Positions 50,709 to 60,728 of a stretch of DNA of 64,000 nucleotides are shown here, piece by piece; positions within the stretch are counted from its first letter, which is position 1, and each line of letters opens with the position of its first letter. The DNA comes from Clostridia bacterium. GTDB taxonomy: Bacteria > Bacillota > Clostridia > UBA1212 > DUPL01. The DNA lies in NCBI GenBank assembly GCA_050951325.1, contig JBMNIW010000005.1, positions 32,001 to 96,000 of the forward strand, read 5' to 3'. Under the pieces are notes generated by a model. It was given only the letters and a program-made list of their open reading frames with translations. It was not told the origin of the DNA and did no database searches. The translations under genes were made by a program, and so were the position numbers.

Positions 50709-52040
50709 ATGAATCAAAATAAAGATACAATAGTTAAACCATCTATTTTATCCGGTTTTCTTGAGTTGCTTCCAGAAGACCAGATAATATTTAACAATAT
50801 GCTCGATACCATCAGGAGTACTTTCGAGAGCTACGGTTTTATACCCATAGACACTCCGGTAATTGAAAAAGCCGAGGTGCTGCTTGCAAAAAGCGGTGGA
50901 GAAACTGAGAAACAGGTATACAGATTCACCAAGGGAGATAATGATCTGGCTCTTAGATTCGATCTGACGGTTCCTCTTGCAAGGTTTGTTGCACAGCATT
51001 ATGGAGTTCTTACGTTCCCCTTTAGAAGATATCATATAGGCAAGGTATATCGTGGAGAACGTCCTCAAAAAGGCCGTTTCAGAGAGTTTTATCAATGTGA
51101 TATTGACATTGTCGGAGACGAAAAACTCAGTGTTATTAATGATGCTGAAATTGTAAGTGTTATTCATTCTACATTCAAGAAGCTCGGTTTGGACGAATTT
51201 ACAATCATGATAAACAACCGCAAGCTATTGAATGGATTTTTCATGCATTACGGTATTAAGGACAATGTGGAAGTATTAAGAATCATAGACAAACTGGACA
51301 AGATAGGTGCTGACAATGTCAGGAAGGAACTTGTTGCGAGTGGTATATCTGAAAATGTTGCCGATGAAATACTTGAATTTACAAATCTATGTGGCGATCC
51401 GGATGATGTGATATCAGCTCTTAGACAGATTGATATAGATAATGATGATTTTGTTTCCGGTTTGGAAGAGTTAGAAACCGTATGGTCCTACATAAAGGCG
51501 TTCGGTTTGGATTCGTCAGAGATTGAAATCAATTTGAAGATAGCAAGAGGTCTCGACTACTATACCGGCACTGTTTATGAGACCATACTCAACCATCACA
51601 AAGAACTTGGAAGTGTGTGCTCTGGTGGAAGATACGACAACCTTGCATCAAATTATACAAAAAAGAAACTACCAGGTGTAGGAATATCAATAGGATTGTC
51701 AAGATTGTTTTATCAACTTAGAGAAGCCAATGTTATTAGCGTTAGTGGCGTGAAAACAACTACCAAGGTTCTGTTTGTTCCGCTAGGAGATACTAGTGCA
51801 TATGCCATTAAGACAGCTAACTATATCAGGCGGAAGGGTGTTAATACAGAAGTTTATTTAAATGACGGTAAATTAGCAAAGAAATTGAATTATGCAAACA
51901 AGCTGGGAATCCCTTATGTTGCGATTATAGGGGAGGATGAAGTCAAGAAAAATACGGTTTGCATAAAGGATATGAATAGCGGAGAACAATCAGTTTATAC
52001 AATTGATGAATTAACGGAGTTTGTAAAGAATATAATGTAA
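50709..52040 (+). CDS. hisS: Histidyl-tRNA synthetase
   Basis: LRFDLTVP, YRGERPQKGRFREFYQCD, RGLDYYTG, SGGRYD. ATG 50709 after GGAGG. Confidence 0.97.
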   Translation: MNQNKDTIVKPSILSGFLELLPEDQIIFNNMLDTIRSTFESYGFIPIDTPVIEKAEVLLAKSGGETEKQVYRFTKGDNDLALRFDLTVPLARFVAQHYGVLTFPFRRYHIGKVYRGERPQKGRFREFYQCDIDIVGDEKLSVINDAEIVSVIHSTFKKLGLDEFTIMINNRKLLNGFFMHYGIKDNVEVLRIIDKLDKIGADNVRKELVASGISENVADEILEFTNLCGDPDDVISALRQIDIDNDDFVSGLEELETVWSYIKAFGLDSSEIEINLKIARGLDYYTGTVYETILNHHKELGSVCSGGRYDNLASNYTKKKLPGVGISIGLSRLFYQLREANVISVSGVKTTTKVLFVPLGDTSAYAIKTANYIRRKGVNTEVYLNDGKLAKKLNYANKLGIPYVAIIGEDEVKKNTVCIKDMNSGEQSVYTIDELTEFVKNIM

Positions 52041-52058
52041 CAGGAGAGGAAGAAGGAT

Positions 52059-52511
52059 ATGGTAAAGTCTTTTCAAGTTGATCATACCAACATGAAAGCA
52101 CCTGATATCAGGATTGCAGAAGAAATCCCCGTAGGAAGACAGAATAAAATAATCAAATACGATATTCGTTTCAAAAGACCATACAAGGATGACCCCATGT
52201 ATCCTGCAACCATGCACAGTATAGAGCATATGATGGCGACATCGATAAGAGAAATAAGTCAGGCTACAATTATTGATTTTTCTCCTATGGGATGCCGTAC
52301 TGGTTTTTACCTTACAGTGCTTAATCCGCCGGAAAACTTTATTTCCAATGACATCAAAGGCGCAATGATTATTTCCTTGGACATGGATGAGGTCCCAGGT
52401 GCGGATAAAAAGTCCTGTGGCAACTGCTATTACCATGACATTGATGATGCAAAGCGCGAGCTGCTTGATTTCCTTGAGTTTTACTATGGAATCAGGCTTA
52501 TTTTAAGGTAA
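52059..52511 (+). CDS. luxS: S-ribosylhomocysteine lyase (AI-2 synthase)
   Basis: SFQVDH, HSIEH, SPMGCRTGFY, VPGA..CGN..H. Confidence 0.93.
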   Translation: MVKSFQVDHTNMKAPDIRIAEEIPVGRQNKIIKYDIRFKRPYKDDPMYPATMHSIEHMMATSIREISQATIIDFSPMGCRTGFYLTVLNPPENFISNDIKGAMIISLDMDEVPGADKKSCGNCYYHDIDDAKRELLDFLEFYYGIRLILR

Positions 52512-52576
52512 TGATTAGTTGACATATTCAACGTATAAATATACAATGTAGGTATAATTTTCAAGGGGGTAATAAA

Positions 52577-53068
52577 ATGAAACATAGGAATCTTCTGACA
52601 AATATATTTTCAGTGGTGTTGATTGTTTCGCTTATAGCATTTCTATTCGTAACGATTAGAGGCATGGAAGGTGGGTTGGGTGACACTATAAGATACATAA
52701 GCCTGCCGCTTGCAATCATTTCCGTTGCATGCATTGATATTGTCTTTCCAATTTTGGATAACAAACAAAGATTGCGCGAGAATAATAATTTGAAAATATT
52801 AACCATTGTGAAAATAGTTTTGTTTATAGCTTCCTTTGTAGTTATCGGCTTGTATGTTACAAATATTATTCTCAATGACGATACTGAGATGGTTGCTGTC
52901 GCAGTGTTCGTTGTCTTATACTTTGCGCAGTTCTTTATCAATATCGATCCCAAGCAGCCAAGAGTGTCTGAAGTTTCAGATGATGAAGAATATGATGTCG
53001 AAGAGTATGATGAGGATGACGATACAGACGCTGAGTACGAGGAAACGGGTTCAGAACAGGATGAATAA
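52577..53068 (+). CDS. Four-TM membrane protein with acidic C-terminal tail
   Basis: Four hydrophobic segments, a D/E-rich tail, GGGGG SD and its own upstream TTGACA. Confidence 0.75.
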   Translation: MKHRNLLTNIFSVVLIVSLIAFLFVTIRGMEGGLGDTIRYISLPLAIISVACIDIVFPILDNKQRLRENNNLKILTIVKIVLFIASFVVIGLYVTNIILNDDTEMVAVAVFVVLYFAQFFINIDPKQPRVSEVSDDEEYDVEEYDEDDDTDAEYEETGSEQDE

Positions 53069-53076
53069 GTGAAAAT

Positions 53077-53112
53077 AAAAGATGCCCCCTTTTTAGGTGA
53101 CATCTTTTTTTT
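53077..53112. terminator. Bidirectional terminator
   Basis: AAAAGATG-CC-CC...GGTGACATCTTTT between convergent genes. Confidence 0.65.
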
Positions 53113-53147
53113 GGTCTTATGTCGGTATTAGGCTAAGACCTTTGTTT

Positions 53148-55760
53148 TTAGCTTTTGACTACAATGTAATGTTTTCCTGAACCTACATTGTCAACAGCAA
53201 CATAACCATTTTCATATTCAAAGCCGGTTTCAATTCCGTTCAGCAGGACTTCGGGATTTTCCTTCTTGCAGGGTATAAAAACCTTGGCTGTTGTATTTAC
53301 CGGTATTTTAGCATTGACACAAACTTCAGTTTCGCTATCGGTGAAAATATTAAGGTTGTACTCAACTTCAATATGTCCCTTAATTGTAGGGACTTTTATT
53401 TTTGCATACTCCAGATTGCCCGGTTGCAGCTTAATATCAAATGTTTTGAATCCAGGTTTGGTTGGTTTGATTCCAAACATACCATATGCAAGAGCATTTG
53501 CAGGAGCAGAGCTCCAGGGGTGGGAGTATGTCATGTTTGGTTTGTTTGCCGGATCCCAAGCTTCAGGACATACTGTAGCATTCAGCTCATATATCAGATG
53601 ATACCAGCTTCTTAACTTTCTGCTTATCATAAGATTCAATGCAGTTTGACCTGCATTTGCCTGATAGCATGCCGCAAGGACGAAATGTGCACCGTAAACG
53701 GATGTGCACATGCCTCTTTCATCAATGAATTTAACTATTCTTTCTATTGTTTCATAGTCCTTGACAATACCCAGTGCAAGAGGGAAGATATTTGCGTGCT
53801 GGGACATGTGGGTAAGTCTGATGCCGTCCTTGTCAAGTCCGTCGACAAACAGACCGATATCCTCATCTATAAGGTGTTTGTACATGCTTTCTTTTATTCT
53901 CTCTGCATATTTGCTATACTTCGATGCATCTTCATAAATGCCCAGAACTTCAGCAATCTGCGCCAGGTCTCCATATGCTTTGTAGTGAAAAGCATTTGTC
54001 ACTGTGTTGTAATATGCATTGGAGAAGTCGTAATTGTCTCTTTCTGACATTGGCCAGTCAACCAGGTTTGCGTTTTCGCTGTTGTTCTTAGTAGTGTTGA
54101 AGACAAGCCCTAAAGTTTCGTCGAAATAATTGTCAGGGTCATTGTTTCCATCCACCACTTTTGTTTTAAGCATATCGTAATGCGCTTCAAGTAGTCCTTT
54201 GTCGCCTGTGTGCAGGTAGTCGTTTAAGGCCATCATTATGGTCATTTGCTTGTATTCAAATGGCCATGTCGGGCAGTATACAAGATCTTCGATGGAGAAA
54301 CGGGGAAGGGTGAAATTGCGCATTAATGCATACTGGGAAAGCTGGTTTATGTATGCATCCCCTTCGTAGTTTTTTCTTTCCCTTGTTTGACTGTCTACAT
54401 ACAAATCCTGGCTTGTTACTGTGATTGAATATTTAACAAAATCATATATGTCGTTTAAAAGGCTGTTCGAGCTTTCAAAGAAACTGTCATTTGCGTCATA
54501 ATGCTGGCGGTAAGCCACACCCATTATGTTTTTTGTTGTTAGCTGCATGGGACAATTCTGGATGTTCACATATCTGAAGGCTTTCATTCCAAAGTTTTCG
54601 ATTTCCTGATATCCTTCCTTCAGCGTCCAGAATTCCTCATATGTATTTGTTGTCCTCATCTTATAGCGTACCTGGTTTTCTTCTTCCAGTTCTTCGCCAA
54701 AAATTATTCTTATGGTTTGATTCGCATATGCTTTTGGAACTTCAATACAAAGCTTCAAACCTCCTATCACTTCTTTTCCAATGTCTATGAAGTATTCATT
54801 TTCACCGAGTTTGACAACGGATTGGGCATGTTTATAGAATCTGTCTACTTTTGTTGTATATACAGGGTAAAGCTGGTGGTCGAACTCTTTTTCAATTGCA
54901 TGTGTAAAGGACTCGTTATGAAACCCTGCCTTGTCAAAACCGAAAGGATAAAGATTTGCATTAATATCTTCCGAAGGGTAGAAGTACAGAACTGTGCCTA
55001 TGCTTCTTGTCATTCCAAATACATCTTTGGCATCCATTGCAAGCCATGTTTTATCAGTACCGATTCTTTCGACAGTGCCATCCGTATATGTGATGGTCAG
55101 TTGACACATGTATACTTTGTCTTTTCTGGTAAACAGGAGGCTGCCGATGCAGTTCATACCTTTTGTTAGTTCATCGGTTATGTCATATGTATTGTAGAAG
55201 TGTTTGTTTTTGTGGGGTTTCACGGGTCCCTGACTTATGAATTTTCCGTTTACCCTAAAGTCAAATACATACTGCCTTGCCGTTTCAGTGGAGGAGGCAA
55301 AAACAGAAGCGATTGCAGATTCCACTTCTTTGGAAATTTCAAATTCCTTTCTTATGAAAACCATGTCTGCATTATTATCACACCATATTGGTTTTGCCTT
55401 CCATTCTTTAATTAATGTTGTGAATTTTTGAGGCTCGGAGAATTCGCTTTGTTCGCTGTCTTTGTCAAAAGTGCAGACTTTCCAGTAGTAAGTTTTGTCA
55501 GGCAAAAGTTCATCTCCTGCATAAAATATATTTGAGGATTCGCTTGAGGCAACAATACCCGAATCCCATATGTTGCCATGATTGCTATTTATTTTTTGCT
55601 TATTATCTGATATAATTATCCTGTAGGCCGTTTGATGATCGTTCTTTTTGGAACTGTCAAGAATCCATGAAAACTTTGGGTTCAAATCGACTCCCAATGG
55701 GCATGGACTTAGATTAATCAGCAAACCGTAGGGTTTGTTAAAATTATCTTTTGATTTCAT
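53148..55760 (-). CDS. Alpha-L-rhamnosidase (GH78), no signal peptide
   Basis: N-terminal P.FSW..QTAY, YYWKV, F..FRY, DSQTRER..YEGD, LVDWP, T.CPEAW, SHPWSSAP. Confidence 0.88.
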   Translation of the reverse strand: MKSKDNFNKPYGLLINLSPCPLGVDLNPKFSWILDSSKKNDHQTAYRIIISDNKQKINSNHGNIWDSGIVASSESSNIFYAGDELLPDKTYYWKVCTFDKDSEQSEFSEPQKFTTLIKEWKAKPIWCDNNADMVFIRKEFEISKEVESAIASVFASSTETARQYVFDFRVNGKFISQGPVKPHKNKHFYNTYDITDELTKGMNCIGSLLFTRKDKVYMCQLTITYTDGTVERIGTDKTWLAMDAKDVFGMTRSIGTVLYFYPSEDINANLYPFGFDKAGFHNESFTHAIEKEFDHQLYPVYTTKVDRFYKHAQSVVKLGENEYFIDIGKEVIGGLKLCIEVPKAYANQTIRIIFGEELEEENQVRYKMRTTNTYEEFWTLKEGYQEIENFGMKAFRYVNIQNCPMQLTTKNIMGVAYRQHYDANDSFFESSNSLLNDIYDFVKYSITVTSQDLYVDSQTRERKNYEGDAYINQLSQYALMRNFTLPRFSIEDLVYCPTWPFEYKQMTIMMALNDYLHTGDKGLLEAHYDMLKTKVVDGNNDPDNYFDETLGLVFNTTKNNSENANLVDWPMSERDNYDFSNAYYNTVTNAFHYKAYGDLAQIAEVLGIYEDASKYSKYAERIKESMYKHLIDEDIGLFVDGLDKDGIRLTHMSQHANIFPLALGIVKDYETIERIVKFIDERGMCTSVYGAHFVLAACYQANAGQTALNLMISRKLRSWYHLIYELNATVCPEAWDPANKPNMTYSHPWSSAPANALAYGMFGIKPTKPGFKTFDIKLQPGNLEYAKIKVPTIKGHIEVEYNLNIFTDSETEVCVNAKIPVNTTAKVFIPCKKENPEVLLNGIETGFEYENGYVAVDNVGSGKHYIVVKS

Positions 55761-55867
55761 TGCCTGTATCCTTTCTTGTATTGTTAATGGATGAATTTTA
55801 GCATACTATTGTTAGTATTTCAACAATATGCTATACTATTTGGAAAATTAAGACGGAGGAGTGTTTG

Positions 55868-56836
55868 ATGAATTACTCAGCTGAAAGAATAAACAATTAT
55901 ATACGTGAAAATAGATTTGGTGAACTAATTGAAATATCCGAACAAAGGCACAGGAAGCAGTTTGAAGAACTTCGAGAGATGATAAGAAATGCCAACAAGG
56001 ATGTGCAGCATGAAAAGGTAACCGAAGCTGTATTGATAACGGGACCGTCATCCTCGGGAAAGACTACATTTGCCCATTTGGTGGCAGAAATGCTTAGTGA
56101 GGATGGTTATGACTGTACGGTAATATCATTCGATAATTACTACAAGGATAGAGCTGAAATACAGAAAATGCATCTTGAAAGCGGGTTTGTTCCTACCGAA
56201 GAGAACGACTATGATTATGAAACTCTGGATGCCTTTGACGTTGAGTTTTTCAAGAAGCAGATGAACGAGTATCTGGCTGGCAATGAGATAGTGCTGCCAA
56301 AGTATGATTTTACAACAGGTACAAGAGTGCCCGGTGATATTGTTCTGAAGCCCACCGAAAAGGACATGTTGATTATTGAAGGCATACATGCGCTGAATCC
56401 TGCCTTGAGGACTGGTGTGGATTTCATGTTCAGTTTCAACGTGTACATTTGTCCATTCGACTTCTTTGGTGCTGACCAGAACGAGCAGGTTATCAGGCCT
56501 CAGGAACTGAGGTTCATGAGAAGGGCTGTAAGAGACAGTGTGAAAAGGGGAGCCACCTTGAGAAGAACCATGGAAATGTGGCCGAATGTAAGGAGGGGTG
56601 AAGAGAAGTTTATCAAGCCGATGAAGGCATATACCGACTTCTTTTTCAATTCGTCTCTCGAGTATGAGATCGCGTATCTGAAGAAGAAAATATTCGAGAT
56701 GAGGGATGAACTGGACGAAGAAGGAAAGCAAATGCTGGAGAAGTTTGTGCCTGTCAGGACCCTTGAATATTTTGATGGGATAGACGGCTTTGAAATCCCC
56801 GATAAATCAATATTCAACGAGTTCTATATCAAGTAA
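55868..56836 (+). CDS. Uridine-kinase-like nucleoside kinase (P-loop)
   Basis: ITGPSSSGKTTF, SFDNYY, IIEGIHALNP, RRAVRD..RG, WPNVRRGEEKFI. Confidence 0.85.
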   Translation: MNYSAERINNYIRENRFGELIEISEQRHRKQFEELREMIRNANKDVQHEKVTEAVLITGPSSSGKTTFAHLVAEMLSEDGYDCTVISFDNYYKDRAEIQKMHLESGFVPTEENDYDYETLDAFDVEFFKKQMNEYLAGNEIVLPKYDFTTGTRVPGDIVLKPTEKDMLIIEGIHALNPALRTGVDFMFSFNVYICPFDFFGADQNEQVIRPQELRFMRRAVRDSVKRGATLRRTMEMWPNVRRGEEKFIKPMKAYTDFFFNSSLEYEIAYLKKKIFEMRDELDEEGKQMLEKFVPVRTLEYFDGIDGFEIPDKSIFNEFYIK

Positions 56837-56842
56837 ACTCGG

Positions 56843-56896
56843 TTGACATAACATGCAATTTAATGTAACATTATCATAGGCTTAATAGTTATTAAG
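56843..56896 (+). promoter_or_regulatory. sigma-A promoter plus palindromic operator
   Basis: TTGACA-N17-TAACAT, then CTTAATA-GT-TATTAAG at 56881-56896. Confidence 0.6.
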
Positions 56897-56922
56897 TTAG
56901 TATAATTACTAGGAGGAATGTC

Positions 56923-58185
56923 ATGAAGACTAAAGCAGTAAGGTTATACGGTAAGAAGGACTTGAGACTTGAGGAGTTCGAATTACCAGCATTAAAAGAC
57001 GACGAAATATTGGCCCGTGTTATATCTGACAGTATTTGTATGTCAACATACAAGGCAGCTATACAAGGGGCAGATCATAAACGTGTGCCCGACAATGTTG
57101 CTGAAAATCCAATTATTGTTGGACATGAATTTTGCGGAGAAATTTTAGAGGTAGGAGCAAAATGGCAGAGCAAGTTCAAGGTTGGTCAGAAATTTACAAT
57201 ACAGCCTGCTTTGAACTACAAAGGCTCATTGGATGCTCCAGGATACTCATATCCATATATAGGCGGTTCTGCAACCTATATCGTAATCCCAAACGAGGTT
57301 ATGGAAACCGATAATCTGTTGGTATACAACGGAGAAGGATTCTTTGCAGGAAGTGCGGCTGAGCCAATGTCCTGTGTTGTTGGTACATTCCATGCCATGT
57401 ATCATACCACCAGTGGAAGCTATGAGCATAAGATGGGTGTTGTCGAGGGTGGAAACATGGCTATCCTTGCAGGTGTGGGACCGATGGGTCTTTGTGCCAT
57501 AGACTATGCAATACATCGTGACAGAAGGCCAGGACTTCTTGTCGTTACCGATATAAATCAAGAACGTCTCGATAGAGCTGCTTCAATTTACACTGTTGAA
57601 GAAGCTAAAAAGAATGGTGTTGAACTTGTATATATTAACACTGCCACAATGGAAAATGCTGAAGAGTACATGATGGAGCTTACAGACGGCAAGGGTTATG
57701 ACGATGTCTTCGTATTTGCTCCTGTACGTCCTGTTATCGAGATGGGCGACAGACTTTTGGGAAGAGACGGATGTCTGAACTTCTTTGCAGGTCCAAGCCA
57801 GACTGATTTCAAGGCAGAATTGAATTTCTACAATGTTCACTACGCCAGCACTCACATTGTTGGAACCAGTGGTGGAAATACTGATGACTTGATAGAGTCA
57901 CTGGAAATGATGGCACAGGGTAGGCTCAATCCTGCTGCGTTGGTAACCCATATTGGAGGACTCAACGCAGTTGTTGACACCGTACTTAATCTGCCAGATA
58001 TCCCAGGTGGAAAGAAGCTCATATACACCAACATTGATCTGCCTCTTACTGCAATTGATGATTTTGCAGAGCTAGGAAAGACAGACCCGATGTTTAAGAA
58101 GTTGGCTGAAATCTGTGAGAAGAACAACGGATTGTGGAGCGTTGAAGCGGAGAACTATCTGCTTGAAAATGCAAAATCCATCTAG
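56923..58185 (+). CDS. Zinc-binding MDR dehydrogenase, L-sorbose-1-phosphate reductase (SorE/YggP)-like
   Basis: MKTKAVRLYGKKDLRLE, DSICMS, GHEF, AEPMSC, AGVGPMG, GTSGG, PGGKKLIY. Confidence 0.82.
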   Translation: MKTKAVRLYGKKDLRLEEFELPALKDDEILARVISDSICMSTYKAAIQGADHKRVPDNVAENPIIVGHEFCGEILEVGAKWQSKFKVGQKFTIQPALNYKGSLDAPGYSYPYIGGSATYIVIPNEVMETDNLLVYNGEGFFAGSAAEPMSCVVGTFHAMYHTTSGSYEHKMGVVEGGNMAILAGVGPMGLCAIDYAIHRDRRPGLLVVTDINQERLDRAASIYTVEEAKKNGVELVYINTATMENAEEYMMELTDGKGYDDVFVFAPVRPVIEMGDRLLGRDGCLNFFAGPSQTDFKAELNFYNVHYASTHIVGTSGGNTDDLIESLEMMAQGRLNPAALVTHIGGLNAVVDTVLNLPDIPGGKKLIYTNIDLPLTAIDDFAELGKTDPMFKKLAEICEKNNGLWSVEAENYLLENAKSI

Positions 58186-58193
58186 CTGAACAA

Positions 58194-58226
58194 TAACGGA
58201 CAAAATGATTATCATTTTGTCCGTTA
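58194..58226. other. Perfect 15-bp intergenic stem-loop without U-tract
   Basis: TAACGGACAAAATGA-TTA-TCATTTTGTCCGTTA. Confidence 0.8.
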
Positions 58227-58248
58227 AATATAAATAAGGAGGAGTTTT

Positions 58249-59718
58249 ATGAAGATATTGGCGTTTGACTACGGTGCAAGCTCGGGCCGTGCCATATTGG
58301 GTGAGTATGATGGCAGCAAGCTCACATTGAAAGAGACGCACAGGTTTTCAAATGATCCTGTTTTGCTAAACGGCACATTTACATGGGATTTTCTTAGATT
58401 GTTTCACGAAATGAAACAAGGGATTCTAAAATCAGCTTTGGCTGGAGGAAAAGATATAAGCTCCATAGGCGTTGATACCTGGGGTGTCGACTTTGGTCTA
58501 TTGACAAAAGATGGCGAGCTTCTTGGCAATCCCGTACATTACAGAGACTCCAGAACCGATGGAATGATTGAAGAAGCCTGCAAGGTGATTCCTCAGGAGG
58601 AAATCTATGCTGAAACAGGAATTGCATTTCAGAAGTTCAATACTCTATATCAACTGCTTGCGTTGAATAAAAACAACAGTGTGATGCTTGAAAATGCCGA
58701 TACAATGCTTTTTGTGCCTGACTTGTTCAATTTCTATCTGACAGGACAAAAGGTGTGTGAATACACAATAACCAGCACGTCACAATTGTACAATCCTGTC
58801 AAGGGACAGTGGGCTTATGAAATGCTCGAAAAGCTGGGTATCAGAACTGACATACTTCCAGAGGTTGTACCTGCCGGAACAAAGCTGGGCGGACTTACAA
58901 AAGAGTTATGTGATGAACTCGGTGTTGCATCGATACCTGTTATAGCTGTTGCAGCTCATGATACGGCAAGTGCTGTTGTATCAGTCCCATTCACGGAGGA
59001 GGGAGGAGCTTATCTAAGTAGCGGCACATGGTCATTGCTTGGTGTGGAACTTGACAAGCCTATAATCAATGAGAATGCACTCAAACTTAATTACACCAAT
59101 GAAGGCGGTATTAACAATAATGTAAGATTCCTCAAGAACATAATGGGTCTTTGGATTAATCAGGAATGCAAACGTCATTGGGAGAAAATTGGAGAACATA
59201 TTTCATTTGATGAGCTTGATGAAGCTGCTCTCAACGCACAGCCATTCAAGGCGATCATCGACGTTGATGATTCTGTATTCTTCGAACCTGGCAATATGCC
59301 AACCAAAGTACAGGAATTCTGCGCAAGGACAAATCAGGAAGTACCTCAGACAAAAGGCGAAATTGTGCGCTGCGTGATGGAAAGCCTAGCACTCAAGTAC
59401 AGATATGTTATTGAAGGTCTTGAGGAGATTATCGGTAAGAAACTTCCCAAACTCCATATTGTAGGTGGAGGCTGCAAGAACACTATTTTGAGCCAGTTTA
59501 CAGCCAATGCCATAAACAGACCTGTTGTAGCCGGACCTATAGAAGCTACCTCCATAGGAAACCTGGCTGTTCAACTTATCTCTCTTGGTGAGGTAAAGAA
59601 CCTTCAGGAAGCAAGACAGCTTATTGCAAACTCATTCCCACAGGAAGTTTACATGCCTGAGAATCCTGCAGCCTGGGATGATGCGTATGAAAAGTTTTTG
59701 AAGATACAAAAAAGCTAA
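58249..59718 (+). CDS. rhaB: Rhamnulokinase-family (FGGY) sugar kinase
   Basis: DYGASSGR, HRFSN, DTWGVDF, YRDSRT, HDTASAV, SSGTWSL, NEGG, KNIMGLW. Confidence 0.88.
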   Translation: MKILAFDYGASSGRAILGEYDGSKLTLKETHRFSNDPVLLNGTFTWDFLRLFHEMKQGILKSALAGGKDISSIGVDTWGVDFGLLTKDGELLGNPVHYRDSRTDGMIEEACKVIPQEEIYAETGIAFQKFNTLYQLLALNKNNSVMLENADTMLFVPDLFNFYLTGQKVCEYTITSTSQLYNPVKGQWAYEMLEKLGIRTDILPEVVPAGTKLGGLTKELCDELGVASIPVIAVAAHDTASAVVSVPFTEEGGAYLSSGTWSLLGVELDKPIINENALKLNYTNEGGINNNVRFLKNIMGLWINQECKRHWEKIGEHISFDELDEAALNAQPFKAIIDVDDSVFFEPGNMPTKVQEFCARTNQEVPQTKGEIVRCVMESLALKYRYVIEGLEEIIGKKLPKLHIVGGGCKNTILSQFTANAINRPVVAGPIEATSIGNLAVQLISLGEVKNLQEARQLIANSFPQEVYMPENPAAWDDAYEKFLKIQKS

Positions 59719-59741
59719 CAGACAATATTTGTTTTATTAAA

Positions 59742-59778
59742 GGCCTCTGATAGAAATATCGGAGGTGTTTTTTGTTTT
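59742..59778 (+). terminator. Probable terminator
   Basis: GCCTCTGATA...TATCGGAGGT plus a T-run. Confidence 0.6.
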
Positions 59779-59845
59779 AATAAATATTGAATTTCTTGAA
59801 CAAACGTGTTATGATATAAAAAAACAATTAGGAGGTATGTAGAAT

Positions 59846-60706
59846 ATGAAGGGTAAATTAAGTTTGTTAATATCACTTGTTTTTTTGCTTGCTCTGATTT
59901 TACCGACAGCGGTTTCATCAGAGGAATTACAGCCTGTTGTAATTGACTTTTATTACGAAGATGATTTCTATGATTACTACTCTACTTTTAATGGTTGCGA
60001 CGTAACTTGGGATAATAATGCAGTACATATGATTTCTACCGAGGACCCGGAGTTGGGTGAAAACGGAGACCCATTTGTCGTATTCAAACTTGACTATATG
60101 TTTAGTTGTGATGATTACCCTTGGATGAGAATAAAGCTGAAGAATGAAAGTGTAGCGCCTGTTTTTGAGATGCACTTTTCAACGACCTCCACATCCATAG
60201 TTGCTGGAACTTGTACGCATGTGGATATCAGCACAGAGGACGAGGAATTCAAGGAATATATCTTCAGTGTTCCTGAAAGAAATATTGCTTCAATGCATAT
60301 AAATGAGCTGGATCACGAGGAAACTTTTTGGACTGGTGAGATTAATGAACTGAGATTGGACGGAATGTGGGTTGCGGAGCCCAGCGGACAAGTTCCCTAT
60401 GGCTCGGAGATGTACATAGAGTACGTGGCATTTTTCCCAACAGAAGAAGCTGCCAACAACTTTGATATTGAGACTTTTCGTGCGGCTAGAACACCAAGAC
60501 CAACTGCAACACCAAAACCAGATCCAACAGCAACGCCTGAAAGAACAGAAACAAAGAAAACTGAAGCTCCTAAGCAAACCGAGACCAATAAGAACGATAC
60601 TGATGGCGGCAACAATTCGGTATTAATTATTACTGCTGTAGTTGGCGTTATTGTCGTAGTTGCTGTTGCAGCAGCGATAATAATTATTAGAAAAAAAAGA
60701 ACGTAA
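59846..60706 (+). CDS. Secreted, membrane-anchored protein with unassigned CBM-like domain (paralog 2)
   Basis: Signal peptide, DPFV...YPWMRIKLKNES...WTG.INELRLD...YIEYVAFFPTEEAA, PT linker, TM helix, RKKRT. Confidence 0.8.
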   Translation: MKGKLSLLISLVFLLALILPTAVSSEELQPVVIDFYYEDDFYDYYSTFNGCDVTWDNNAVHMISTEDPELGENGDPFVVFKLDYMFSCDDYPWMRIKLKNESVAPVFEMHFSTTSTSIVAGTCTHVDISTEDEEFKEYIFSVPERNIASMHINELDHEETFWTGEINELRLDGMWVAEPSGQVPYGSEMYIEYVAFFPTEEAANNFDIETFRAARTPRPTATPKPDPTATPERTETKKTEAPKQTETNKNDTDGGNNSVLIITAVVGVIVVVAVAAAIIIIRKKRT

Positions 60707-60728
60707 AGGAAGTAGGGGTAATTTAGTT

